Shown piece by piece: positions 12,316 to 24,321 of a stretch of 64,000 nucleotides of DNA. This stretch comes from Mobula hypostoma. Its lineage: Eukaryota. Within the stretch, counting starts at the first letter, position 1, and each line of letters opens with the position of its first letter. A model generated the notes under the pieces. That model was given only the letters and a program-made list of their open reading frames with translations, did no database searches and was not told the DNA's origin. The stretch is taken from contig NC_086097.1 in the NCBI RefSeq assembly GCF_963921235.1, forward strand, positions 235,478,001 through 235,542,000, in the 5' to 3' direction. The position numbers and the translations under genes were made by a program.

Positions 12316-12572
12316 ACAACAGGAATTCTGCAGATGCTGGAAATTCAAGCAACACACATCAGAGTTGCTAGTGAATGCAGCAGGCCAGGCAGCATCTCTA
12401 GGAAGAGGTACAGTCGACATTTCGGGCCAAGACCCTTCATCAGGACTAACTGAAGGAAGAGTTAGTAAGAGATTTGAAAGTGGGAGGGGGAGGGGGAGAT
12501 CCAAAATGATAGGAGAAGACAGGAGGGGGAGGGATGGAGCCAAGAGCTGGACAGGTGATTGGCAAAGGGGAT
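12316..12572 (-). mobile_element. Penelope-like terminal fragment, duplicate
   Basis: Copy of 11297-11553. Confidence 0.8.
12411..12448 (-). ncRNA. Minimal type I hammerhead ribozyme motif, second copy
   Basis: Identical to 11392-11429. Confidence 0.75.
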
Positions 12573-13562
12573 ATAGAAACATAGAAACATAGAAAATAGG
12601 TGCAGGAGTAGGCCATTCGGCCCTTCGAGCCTGCACCGCCATTTATTATGATCATGGCTGATCATCCAACTCAGAACCCAGCCTTCCCTCCATACCCCCT
12701 GACCCCTGTAGCCACAAGGGCCATATCTAACTTCCTTTTAAACATAGCTAATGAACTGGCCTCAACAGTTTGCTGTGGCAGAGAATTCCACAGATTCACC
12801 ACTCTCTGTGTGAAGAAGTTTTTCCTAACCTCGGTCCTAAAAGGCTTCCCCTCTATCCTCAAACTGTGACCCCTCGTTCTAGACCTCCCCAACATCGGGA
12901 ACAATCTTCCCGCATCTAGCCTGTCCAATCCCTTTAGGATCCTATACGTTTCAATCAGATCCCCCCTCAATCTTCTAAATTCCAACGAGTACAAGCCCAG
13001 TTCATCCAGTCTTTCTTCATATGAAAGACCTGCCATCCCAGGAATCAATCTGGTGAACCTTCTTTGTACTCCCTCTATGGCAAGGATGTCTTTCCTCAGA
13101 TTAGGGGACCAAAACTGCACACAATACTCCAGGTGTGGTCTCACCAAGGCCTTGTACAACTGCAGTAGTACCTCCCTGCTCCTGTACTCGAATCCTCTCG
13201 CTATAAATGCCAGCATACCGTTCGCCTTTTTCACCGCCTGCTGTACCTGCATGCCCACTTTCAATGACTGGTGTATAATGACACCCAGGTCTCGTTGCAC
13301 CTCCCCTTTTCCTAATCGGCCACCATTCAGATAATAATCTGTTTTCCTATTTTTGCCACCAAAGTGGATAACTTCACATTTATCCACATTAAATTGCATC
13401 TGCCATGAATTTGCCCACTCACCCAACCTATCCAAGTCACCCTGCATCCTCTTAGCATCCTCCTCACAGCTAACACTGCCGCCCAACTTCGTGTCATCCG
13501 CAAACTTGGAGATGCTGCATTTAATTCCCTCGTCTAAGTCATTAATATATATTGTAAACAAC
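12573..13562 (-). mobile_element. CR1 3' fragment, copy B (RT C-half, open 297 aa)
   Basis: LFTIYINDLDEGIKCSISKFADDTKLGG...WQMQFNVDKC; uninterrupted to the stop. Confidence 0.95.
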
Positions 13563-14097
13563 AAATATATTGTAAATAGGAAGTAATATTTTGAAAGAAT
13601 ATTTTAAATTTGAGTAAATCAACTCAATTCCATGCTGATGACTTCCAATAAATGAATGGGTTATTCCACAGGTTGTCCAGCCATTCAGCATCTGTGGGCA
13701 GTGAAATCTAGATATTACTCACTAGAGGGAAAAAACAGCTTTCAAAATATCAAGGTGGTATTCATTACAGCAGCAGGATTTCTGCAAAGCCCATCAATGA
13801 AATAATTATTTTTTAAAAGTTAACATTCACTTAATAGGAGCTTAAGTACCAAAATTGACTTAAATTCAGTCATTCCAAATTCAGGTGTAGACACTGCAGG
13901 GTGAGATTAAGCCGTGTCTGTTGATAGCATTGTAGGCAACACACCAGAAGAAAGCTGTGCACACAATTCATTGATTTTACCATCTAGCCAATGGTAATTT
14001 ACTTCTGATTAGCTAGCTCAGGTGAAAGGTTACAGGATCTTGCAGCTCCCAGAGGCGATGTGCATTATGGCTGGATTAGGAAGTGGTAGTCTTTCTA

Positions 14098-14312
14098 CAG
14101 GTATATAGGAGCAGAATTTGGCCATTCAGCCCATCTTATCTGTTCCGCAGCTGATACATCTTCCCTCTCAACCCCATTCTCCTGCCATCTTCTCATAGCT
14201 TTTGATGCCTTTGCTAATCAAGAGCCTATCAACCCCTACTTGAAATATGGGCCTTTCAATATTTCGTCTGTTTCAATCTCTTTCAAGAAGTACAGGCCCA
14301 GAGCTATCATGG
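14098..14312 (-). mobile_element. CR1 3'UTR fragment
   Basis: GGAGCAGAATTTGGCCATTCAGCCCATC motif shared with other CR1 ends. Confidence 0.7.
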
Positions 14313-14854
14313 AGAGATTTTACTGGATTCTCCACTGTAGGCACCTCGGTGAAAAGCATGGAAAATATTTTGTGCTTTCAAGGACCATGAAATCACTTGG
14401 ATTCTGATGAGTGGCTTTTTGGGATCAGAGAGCCACAGTGATCAATCCCAGCATTCAGGTTTGAGGAACAAACACAGTGTCACAAAAAAAAATTGATTCA
14501 GCTCTTGAATGCTCTGAGTGCTTGAATGAGAACTATTCCACCATCATCTGTGACCTCAAAACTTTGGAAGTAAAATGATTACCATTGAGCAGAACCAACC
14601 CTGATTCCATAAAGAGCCTGCCAGGAACAACAGAGCAATATCCAACAACATGAAATGCCAACTTGCTCACAATACAACATGGAACCATATGCATATGACA
14701 ACAAAGTCAGTCTGATCAGTGGTAAGATTCACACAACCAAGAGGTCAAGCTAAAAACTCATTCAAGAATGGCAATGAATAATTAAACAAATGAGTCTTTC
14801 AAAACCAGAGGAGGCAGAGTATGCTTCATGATCAACTTCTTGTTGTGCACAAGC

Positions 14855-15700
14855 GTTGTGGTTTGAGATGTGTATTTTAATGGAAGGAGTATCATAAACA
14901 AGGCAGATGAACTTAAGAACATAAGAAATAGGAGCAGGAGTAGGCTATCCTGCCCGTTAAGCCTGCTCCACCATTCAATACTATCATGTCTGATCTGGCC
15001 ATGGATGCCACCTACCCGCCTTTTTCCCATAACCCTTAATTTCCCTACTATGCAAAAATCTATCCAACCTTGTCTTAAATATATTTACTGAGGAAGCCTC
15101 CATGCCTCATTGAGTAGAGCGTGGATCAATACGTGGAACTATGACATTGTGGCCATTACAGACACTTGATTTGACTCAGGGGGAGGAATGGCTACTTAGA
15201 GTGCCAGGCTTTAGATGTTTCAAAAAGGGCAGGGATGGAGGCAAAAGAGGTGAGGATGTGGCATTGCTAATCAGGGATAGTGTCACAGCTGCAGAAAAGG
15301 AGGAAAAGATGGAGGGATTATCTACTGAGTCAGCATGGGTGGAAGTCAGAAACATGAAGGGGGCAAAAAATCAACTGGGTGTTTTTTATAGATCCCCCCA
15401 TAGTAACAGGGACATCGAGGAGCAGATAGGCAAATTCTGGAATAGTGTAATAATAATAGATTTGTTGTGATGGAAGATTTTAACTTTCTTAATATTGACT
15501 GACATCTCCTTGGAGCAAGGTGCTTAGATGGGGTGGAGTTTGTAAGGTGTGTTCAGGAAGATTTCCTGATACAATATGTAGATAAGCTGACTCAAGGAGA
15601 GGCTGCACTTGATCTGGCATGGGGAAATTAACCTGGTCAGGTGTCAGATCTCTTAGTCGGAGAGCATTTTGGAGGTAGTGACCACAACTCTATCTTCTGA
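14855..15700 (+). mobile_element. CR1 ORF2 endonuclease fragment with a nested antisense CR1 3' end (about 14914-15113)
   Basis: VYFNGRSIINKADEL|insert|RAWINTWNYDIVAIT...ESAWVEVRN...GVFYRSP...SDHN. Confidence 0.85.
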
Positions 15701-15714
15701 TTCTGATTGTGGTA

Positions 15715-15823
15715 ATCCTAGACAGCCTCAAAGATGTTGAGATCAGGGCTCTGTGGAGGTCATAACATCTGAAACCATATTAAAAAAAATCTAGTGTGCC
15801 TAGGAATTTTGCACAGTGCAGTA
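15715..15823. mobile_element. Tc1/mariner-like remnant
   Basis: Ends GTGCCTAGGAATTTTGCACAGTGCAG, similar to the TIR at 19087-19140. Confidence 0.45.
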
Positions 15824-16671
15824 CACTGCTGCAATATTTCCAGAGAATGATGATTTGACATATTTAAATCCTCTTCATAAATGTAAATATTGCACATGCA
15901 TTAAACATATATTAACACCATTAAGCACAGGCGATATTGTTTTTGTCTACTTAATATTAAAGGTACCTTGTGAATCTTAAATATTTCAGTCATTTGGGAT
16001 TAGCAGAGCGATCAGTTATTTTGTTAAACTGCTGTCCTGCAGCAGAATCACTTAAAATACAGCATTGACAATTCATGCAAGTGGCACTTCATTTAAATTC
16101 GATTATGAATTGGTTGACACTGAAGTAGTCCACACTTGTCTTCCAAGTCTCAAGGATGCCAGCTCAGCATGTGCGTTTTCCAAAATAACCCAAAAGGATT
16201 TCTTGTCTTATTTCCATTGGGAAATAAAGTAAAGCAATGATAATTAACATTAATGCCTGGAACAGATTCATACTTCTTATTAAAATGCATTTGCCGTGAG
16301 GTGGAAAAACAAAATGTGCAACTAATTATGTTGCAAATTTAAAATTCATGGCCTAATTTAGTTTCTCTTATCATTTTGGTCTAATATATTCCTTAGTATT
16401 TTATAAAGCAAAACCAGGAATCAGAGGAGGACATAATTTCATATTTACATAAATCTATGTATAAATGAGGCATTAACATGTTATTATGGAACAGTAGGTA
16501 GAAACTTCTTACATTTGCTGAAGGGTGAGATTTAAAGTGACGAACTCGATACAATGGTAGTTTATAATTGAGCTATTAAATTCAGCTAAATATTAGATTT
16601 TTTTAAAATTGAGATTTTGACAAGTAATTTTGAATTCACAGTTGAAATTTGACACAGATGTTAACGGGTAA

Positions 16672-16845
16672 CAGTCAAATGGCATACTTAAAGCAGAGGT
16701 TGACAGGTTCTGGATTAGTAAGGGCATCAAAGATAGCGGAGAGAAAATAGGAGACTGGGGTTGAGAGGGATATGGATCAGTCATGATAGAATGGCAGAGC
16801 AGATAATGGGCCAAATGGCCTAATTCTGCTCATACATCTTATTTA
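16672..16845 (+). mobile_element. CR1 3' end
   Basis: TTAAAGCAGAGGTTGACAGGTTC...GGGCCAAATGGCCTAATTCTGCTC. Confidence 0.8.
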
Positions 16846-17112
16846 TTTATTTTATTTTTTATTTATTGAGAGACAGTACAGAATTGACCTTTCAAACCAA
16901 GTCACCCAGCAGTTTCCCGATTTAACTCTAGTCTAATCACGGGACAATAAACAATGGTCAATTAACCTACCGAATGGTACATCTTTGCACTGTGGGGGGA
17001 AACCAGAGTGCCCGGACGAAAGTCAGTCAGTCACGGGGCAAACGTACAAGCTCCTTAAAGGCAGTGGCGGGAATTGAACCTGGGGCTCCGGCACTGGTAA
17101 GCATTGTTTACT
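16846..17112 (-). mobile_element. tRNA-derived V-domain SINE with (AAAT)n tail
   Basis: Minus strand AGGTTCAATTCCCGCCACTG...TCCGGGCACTCTGGTTTCCCCCCACAG. Confidence 0.75.
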
Positions 17113-17364
17113 GAGCCAACCTTATTGTCCCAACTCAGAATCTATGATTAGTTCAAGTTTCATAGTACATTTGTCATCAAAGAATGTACAAGTTATACAA
17201 CCTTGAGATTTGTTTCCCCACAGGTAGCTGCAAAGCAACAAACTGGAAAGAACCCAGTCAAAAAAATAAGACCAACACCCAATGCACAAGAGAAAGCAAA
17301 AGAAAACAAATCATGCAAACAATAGAAGCAAGCAACAACATTTTGAACCAAATTTTGAACGAGA

Positions 17365-17810
17365 AGAAAGATGGGATCGACTAGGCTTATACTCGTTGGA
17401 ATTTAGAAGATTGAGGGGGGATCTTATTGAAACGTATAAAATTCTAAAGGGATTGGACAGACTAGATGCAGGAAGATTGTTCCCGATGTTGGGGAACTCC
17501 AGAACGAGGGATTACAGTTTAAGGATAAAGGGGAAGCCTTTTAGGACCGAGATGAGGAAAAACTTCTTCACACAGAGAGTGGTGAATCTGTGGAATTCTC
17601 TGCCACAGGAAACAGCTGAGGCCAGTTCATTGGCTATATTTAAGAGGGAGTTAGATATGGCCCTTGTGGCTAAAGGGATCAGGGGGTATGGAGAGAAAGC
17701 AAGTACAGGGTTCTGAGTTGGATGATCAGCCATGATCATAATAAATGGCGGTGCAGGCTCGAAGGGCCAAATGGCCTACTCCTGCACCTATTTTCTATGT
17801 TTCTATGTTA
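17365..17810 (+). mobile_element. Young CR1 3' fragment (same subfamily as 10533-13562)
   Basis: DRLGLYSLEFRRLRGDLIETYKILKG; TTTCTATG tail. Confidence 0.95.
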
Positions 17811-17823
17811 TGTCACTAGACTT

Positions 17824-18337
17824 TAGGGTTACCGACTTTCTCACTCCCAAATAAGGGACAAAAGTAGCAGTCAAATACGGGACACTTGTGTTTACCCCAA
17901 GAAAGACTACCATGACCATGAAGCCTTGCGCAGGCACCTGCGTGTGCATGCATGACGTGTGCTTGTGTGTACGTGCCGATTTTTTTTCTACAAATCAGTT
18001 TTGGCGATTCTGTTCAGTGAAACTACACTGTATATACATTATTTCTATTTTATATAGGCTGTGTATTTATCATATCATTCCTGCTTTTACTATATGTTAG
18101 TGTTTTTTGGTATGATTTGGTAGGTTATTTTTTGGGTCTGGGAACGCCCAAAAATTTTTCCCATATAAGTTAATGGTAATTGCTTCTTCGCTTTACGCCA
18201 TTTCAGCACAAAAGATTTCATAGGAACACTCTACCTTAGTGGGGGAAATACAGGACAAGGGCGGTCCTGTATGGGACAAACCAATTTAGCCCAATATACG
18301 GGATGTCCTGGCTAATACGGGACAGTTAGCTACCCTA
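17824..18337. mobile_element. hAT (Blackjack-like) MITE, 514 bp
   Basis: TIRs TAGGGTTACCGACT / AGTTAGCTACCCTA; 8-bp TSD CTAGACTT/CTAGATTT; repeated subterminal (AATAC)GGGAC. Confidence 0.85.
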
Positions 18338-19086
18338 CTAGATTTGAACTCTGGAGTAGCACAGAGAAGGCCTAAAGCCTCGGTATCAGTCCATAATATT
18401 AGCGGGCACAGGACACAGCAGTCGGGACATTCTTCGTAACCTCAGCACCATGGAAAGAAGAGTGAACATCACAGAGCAAGCAAAACCGTCTCTCACCTCC
18501 CATCATGACACCCTGTCTTTCCAATCCATCTGGGTGGGCATTTTAAATTGTCCAAACAGCGTATTATACCTCACATTGGGACCTGAGCCACAGTGCAGCG
18601 AAAGGCTCCTGGAGTAGACCATGCCCCTGAGCGACTTTCTCCAGGCCGAGATTTCGCTGCCCAGCCCAAAGCCACTCTCAAACTCTTCAAATTGGCTTAG
18701 GGCCTAGAGCGATCCAACGTCACACCCAGGCCAGTTATATTGGCATCAGAACTCCTCTGCCTCAACTTCTCCTCATTGAAATACTCACTCTATCTGTGTT
18801 GATTCTGCAATGCCCCAGCATGGCTCATCCCTCATACTGCTTTACCTTCTCTCGCCTTTTTGTTGCTGGCAGTGAATATTTACCAGAATTTACTTCAGAA
18901 AAGGTGTTAATGGAACGTTTTTTAGTCAAATTTCTTCCCCTTTGAACCATCAGCGATCTGTCGCAAACGTTCGGTAGCACTATCTTAAGCCGGAACTTCG
19001 TTATTATTTTTAACAATTTAGGATGTACTTTTTAAGACTCAATGTAGAAGAAAAGGCTGCATCTCTAAATAAAAATAAGTAATATA

Positions 19087-19140
19087 CAGTACTGTGCAAA
19101 AGTCTTAAGTTAGGATGCCTAAGACTTTTGCACAGTACTG
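19087..19140. mobile_element. Minimal Tc1/mariner-type palindrome (TIR-only MITE)
   Basis: Perfect 21-bp inverted arms CAGTACTGTGCAAAAGTCTTA with a 12-bp spacer, flanked TA / TG. Confidence 0.75.
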
Positions 19141-19719
19141 TGTTTTTCACTGTAGAGCAGAGAGTGAATTTGTAAATCTGGTGGGTACAAAGGATGTTGG
19201 AAATGGCAATGGTGGAATGCCATGAGAGGGGTGTGGGACAGGTGGTAGAGGAGGTATGCCGAGGCGGTGGGTGGTGAGATACCCAGACCCCTGACAGCTT
19301 CACATTATGGAAGTCCTTGTCACAGTTCTAAGTGTTGCTGATGAGAGATAATTATAGGCAATTGATAACCATGCTATTTAAATATACTTGTAATTAAATA
19401 CACTTGTTTTTAAATATTTAGGTACTTTAAAAATCAATATACATTTTTAAAACTAAGCTTAATGCATTTTCTGAATAATTTAATCAAATAAATGAAAATC
19501 ATTAATATTTAATTAAAATACAATATGTCCTTTGCTGAAAATCACCTTCACTATTCAAATAAAATTGTGCAAGTTGCATCACCAATAATGGTGAAGCCAG
19601 TGGCAGAGACAAGTCTGCAACTCACCTGCAGTAGAACCTGCTTCAGCTCTACACAACCATTTGTCAATACAAACTGGCCTTGTGCTTCCAAGCAATCCTT
19701 GAAGTAAATTGGGACCAAA

Positions 19720-19990
19720 AAGATCCCAGACAGGATTCTCTATAATACTGAAACCCATTATAAATTGGGGGAATCACTTTTTTGAACAACTCCAGAACAC
19801 CCACCAAAAGTGGAATTTCCCAGTGGCCAATCATTTTAATTACTATTCCCATTCCTGCTCTGACATGTCAGTCCATGGCCTCGTCTTGTGCCATGATAAG
19901 GCCACTCTCAGGGTGGAGCAACAACTCTTATTCCATCTGGGTACTCTTCAACTTGATGGCATGAATATCAAGTTTTCCTTCAAGTAAATT
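19720..19990 (+). mobile_element. Penelope-like GIY-YIG C-terminal remnant
   Basis: FPVANHFN...H...DMSVHGL...LRVEQQLLFHLGTLQLDGMNI; homologous to 38690-39010. Confidence 0.75.
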
Positions 19991-20085
19991 TTTATGTTGT
20001 CAGTATTTGTTTGTGTGTAGTTTTTCATTGATTCTATTTCATTTCTCCATTCCACTGTGAATGCCAGTAAGAAGATGAACTTCTA

Positions 20086-21895
20086 TTTAAGATTAACTTT
20101 CTACCATTAATAGACCATATTACTCAACTTTCATCTAAATGGTTTCCTTTATATTTAACTTTAATTGGTCGTATTAATGCAGTTAAGATGTTTCTTTTGT
20201 CAAAATTTTTATATGTGTTCCAGGCATTATCAATTTTTGTTCCAAAATCTTTCTTTGATAAAGTTGACTCTAAAATTTCTTCATTTATTTGGCAGAATAA
20301 AAATCCGAGACTGGGTAAAATACATTTACAGAAAGCTAAGAGAGATGGAGGTTTAGCATTACCTAACTTTAGATTCTATTATTGGGCAATTAATATTCGA
20401 CATATGAAATTTTGGTTACTTGATCAGGATATACTATCTATTCCTAAATGGGTAGCATTGGAACTACAATCTGTTCAGGGCTATACACTTGGCTCTATTT
20501 TAGGTTCCTCTCTCCCTTTTGATTCGAAACGCCTTAAGCAGGTGTCTAACCCGATAGTTAAATATGCTTTGCGTATTTGGTTTCAATTCAGAAAATTTTT
20601 TGATCTTAATCAATTCGGGTTAGCGATTCCTATTTTAGGTAACATTTTTTCCTCCCTCTTTTACGGATCGCGCTTTTCAAACTTGGAAGACTAAGGGTAT
20701 TTTACGGTTTTTGGATTTATTTTTAGATGGTTCCCTTATGTCTTTTGAACAACTATCTAACAAATATAATTTATCAAGAATACATTTTTTTAGATATTTG
20801 CAAGTTAGAAATTTCCTAAGTACTATACTTTCTTCCTTTCCAATGCTTCCTCCTACATATATTTTAGATTCGATAATTAACCTTAATCCATGTCAGAAAG
20901 GTGCATCGGCTATGATTTATAATATTATTATGAAACTTAGGAAAGCTCCATTTGATAAGATTAGGGTAGATTGGGAACAGGAATTGGGGCTTACCATTTC
21001 TGTGGATGATTGGGGGCAGATTTTACAATTAGTTAATACTTCCTCTATTTGCGCTAAACATTCCCTAATTCAATTTAAAGTTGTTCATAGAGCACATATG
21101 TCCAAAGATAAGTTAGCGCGTTTTTACTTGCATATTAATCCTTTTTGTGATAGATATTCGGGGCAGATAGCCTCTTTAACTCATATGTTTTGGTCTTGCC
21201 CTACTTTGGAAACTTTTTGGAGAGACATTTTTAATATTATTTCTAAGGTGTTAAATATAGATATTTCTCCTCACCCTATTACTGCTATCTTTGGACTACC
21301 TAAAATTTCTAGTAATCTTTCCCCTTCGGCCCGTAGAATGATTGCATTTCTTACTTTAATGGCGAAAAGATGTATTTTACAACATTGGAAAGAGCTTAAT
21401 GCTCCAACTACCTTTTTTTGGTTCTCCTAGACGATATTATGTTTGAATCTGGAGAAAATTAGAAGTAACCTTTATGATTCTTCATTTAAATTTGAACAGA
21501 TTTGGGGATCTTTTATTCAATATTTTCATTTAATGTAATATATACCCTTCTTGTTTTTTTTTCACTGTTTTTAATGGAGGTCGGGATTGAGGACGTGATT
21601 TTAAGTTTAACTCTGTTTGGTTTCAAGTTAGCCCATTGCTTTGCTTTGCTTTTAGTTAGTTGCACGGTGGGGTTTTTTTGGGGTTTTTTTTTTCTTTTTT
21701 TCTATCGATATATATATAAAATTTAGTATACTATTATGTTATCTTGGTTTCTTATGTTTAAATTACATTGTTTGTAGTATTTTTTTTCGGTATTGATACC
21801 TTCTGTAATTTTATTATATTTTAACATTGTATTAATGTTTATATGGCTTACCTTTTGGTATACTTATTCAATAAAAAAGATTTAAAAAGAAAGAA
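20086..21895 (+). mobile_element. 5'-truncated L1-clade LINE (ORF2 C-terminus, 3'UTR, A-tail)
   Basis: KFLYVFQAL...GGLALPNFRFYYWA; knuckle remnant CDRY...THMFWSC; AATAAA and A-rich tail; perfect 17-bp TSD AAGAAGATGAACTTCTA (20069-20085, 21896-21912). Confidence 0.95.
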
Positions 21896-21931
21896 AAGAA
21901 GATGAACTTCTAGGTAATATATGGTGACGTA

Positions 21932-22730
21932 CATCATCATCAGGTGCGGTGCCCAGTTTGAGCTTTGATTGCCATGGCTCACACACTCCTATTTCGGGTC
22001 AAGTGGATCAATTCATTGGTATTCATTTCCAGTTCTCTGGCTGCTGTCACCATCATGACTTGTCTTTGTCTTCCTCTTGCTTTCTTCCTTTATTCAATCT
22101 TTCCCATAATTACCGTGCATTCTAACTCCTCTTTCCTAATCACATGTCCAATGAAGTTACGTTGCCTTTTCATGATCTCATACATTATTTCTCTTTTTGT
22201 GTTTGCTCTGTTTATGACATCCTTGTTAGATATTCGTTTCAACCAATATGTTCTTTGCATCCTCCTCAAAAACCACGTCTCTGCTGCTACAATTCGTTTC
22301 CTCATGTTACTAGATATTGTCCAACATTCTGAGCCATATAACATAGCTGGATAAACGTAACATTTCAGTACTCTGAGGAGGGTTGTCATGCCTAGTTTAG
22401 TATTGGTCAGTATACTCTTCATTCTTGTAAAGGTGTCTTTTACCATCCCGATTCTTCTTTTGATGTCCATGTCACACCTGCCATCTGATGTCACCCAGCT
22501 TCCTAAGTAGCAAAAATTCTGTACTTGTTTTATGTCTTCCCCGTTTATTCTCAGCTTGCAGATAGAATTCTCCTTCTTTTTGGATATCACCATACATTCT
22601 GTCTTTTTGCAATTGATAGATAGACCCATTTTTGCACTTTCTTCAACAATTATATCAATTAAGTTTTGTAGTTCTTCCTCTGTACTTGCAATTAACACTG
22701 TGTTATCTGCATATCTGAAATTATTGATGT
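21932..22730 (-). mobile_element. RTE-clade LINE 3' fragment
   Basis: NINNFRYADNTVLIA...FCYLGSWVTSDGRCDMDIKRRIG...LYGSECWT; (GAT)n tail. Confidence 0.9.
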
Positions 22731-24321
22731 TTTCTACACAAAAGCATTTGATAAATTGAAGCACAATAAGCTATTTGAAATAGTACTGTACAGAAAACTC
22801 AACGTCTAGATTCGAAAGACCTCCGCCTAATCAGAAATCTGTACTAGGAATAAACTGCCGCTGTAAGAATAGATGGAGAAGTGAGTCAGTTTACGAAAAT
22901 CAAGTGAGGCATTAGGTAGGGGTGTGTTTTCTCCCCTGATTTATTTAATATGTACAGTAAAACAATATTACAAAAAATAAGATACAAGTTGGGAATCAAA
23001 GTTGGCGGTGACATACAAGTACTTTGATAATACATTTACTTTGAACTTTGAACTTCAGACTTTGAGCTTTGAAATTAATCATCAGTAAACTCTTCCAGTT
23101 GGATTTACTCATTGGAACCAGCTTAAACATTGGCTCAAAATCATTCAGGTAAAAAATAAAGCTGCAAGTTGTAATTTAAAGATAGTCTAACCTAGGGCAA
23201 GTCAAATATATTTCATCCTTACTTTGATTCTTAAGATGAATTAACTCTGATGGTTCATTTTAATAACAGAATTGCAGGTTGTATATAGAGTATACAACCT
23301 GAAATTCTTACTGTTTGCAGACATCCACAAAACAGAAATAAACCCAAAGAATGAATGACAGAAAGATCAGAACCCCAAAGCCCCCTCCCACACACAAGCA
23401 GCAGCAAAAGAATCAACCCTCCCCCTCTGCCTCATTACTTGCTAAAGTACTGACCCCCTTCCCCCGCTATGCAAGCAAGAGTCCATCCCAACACTTCGAC
23501 ATCTCAGACAGGCTCCTCTCATTTGCAAGGGAGAGAGAGAGAGAGATATCACTCCTGCAATAAATGTATAAGAAAATTAATATTCAAGAAAACAACTTGT
23601 GTTATTAGCTATATTTGCAGCCATAATTAAAAAGAGAATTAATGTATCAATATTTGAATGATATCCCATAGTCAACAGATTGATGAGAAGAGTATAACTG
23701 GGTTTAGATTTCCTGTCTAGGTTTCAAATGTGTTTGAATAGAGATCCCGAGTCTATGAATAGCAAACTGCTATTTTTCCATATTTTGTAGAAGGGCGTTG
23801 CAATTCATCACATCCAAAATGATAATCCTTAACAGCATTTGTGGAAATTGCTGGCAATTTTGTGCATGAAGCTTCAGACACATTTAGTTCAACAGTAAAT
23901 TCCAGTCCATTTTAGCAAACTGTGCAAACACCGTTAATACATTAGTGTTTCCGCACCCTTTCACAAATAATGTTTATTCTGTTTATTTGTGGCATGTTAT
24001 AATGGTCTGATCATTTAATTACATGCCTTCTTGTGCAGAAGAAATCAATACACAGTCACTCGTCATTCAGGTTAAAGTTGATCGCAGATGCTGTGAATAG
24101 TACGATATATTTAATGTATCTAAATCTATTACCCAAGTTGCTAGGTTTCATAAATCTTAATTAGAAATCTTAGCAAGTGTCACAAATCTGTCCATTTTCT
24201 TCACTCATCATTAAATAAAATCTTTTGATTTCATTGCACTATGAGAAATTAGTTAAACAATCAAATAAAATCAGATCATAGTTAGTTTTTAACTTGAAAT
24301 AATTAAAAATCATATCTGATA

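Larger units (their letters stand above)
10735..12826. repeat. Near-identical direct tandem duplication, period 1019 bp
   Basis: Identical ORFs offset by 1019 (10896/11915, 11014/12033, 11346/12365); about 2 substitutions seen by eye. Confidence 0.95.

Noticed and set aside
10896..12642. Duplicated 146-aa and 133-aa fusion ORFs as novel proteins
   Set aside because: Chance read-through from non-coding PLE and UTR sequence into CR1 ORF2; identity reflects the recent duplication, not selection.
10533..13562. CRISPR array or LTR element interpretation of the direct repeats
   Set aside because: No short repeat-spacer periodicity, no TG..CA ends or PBS; the repeats are CR1 3' ends.
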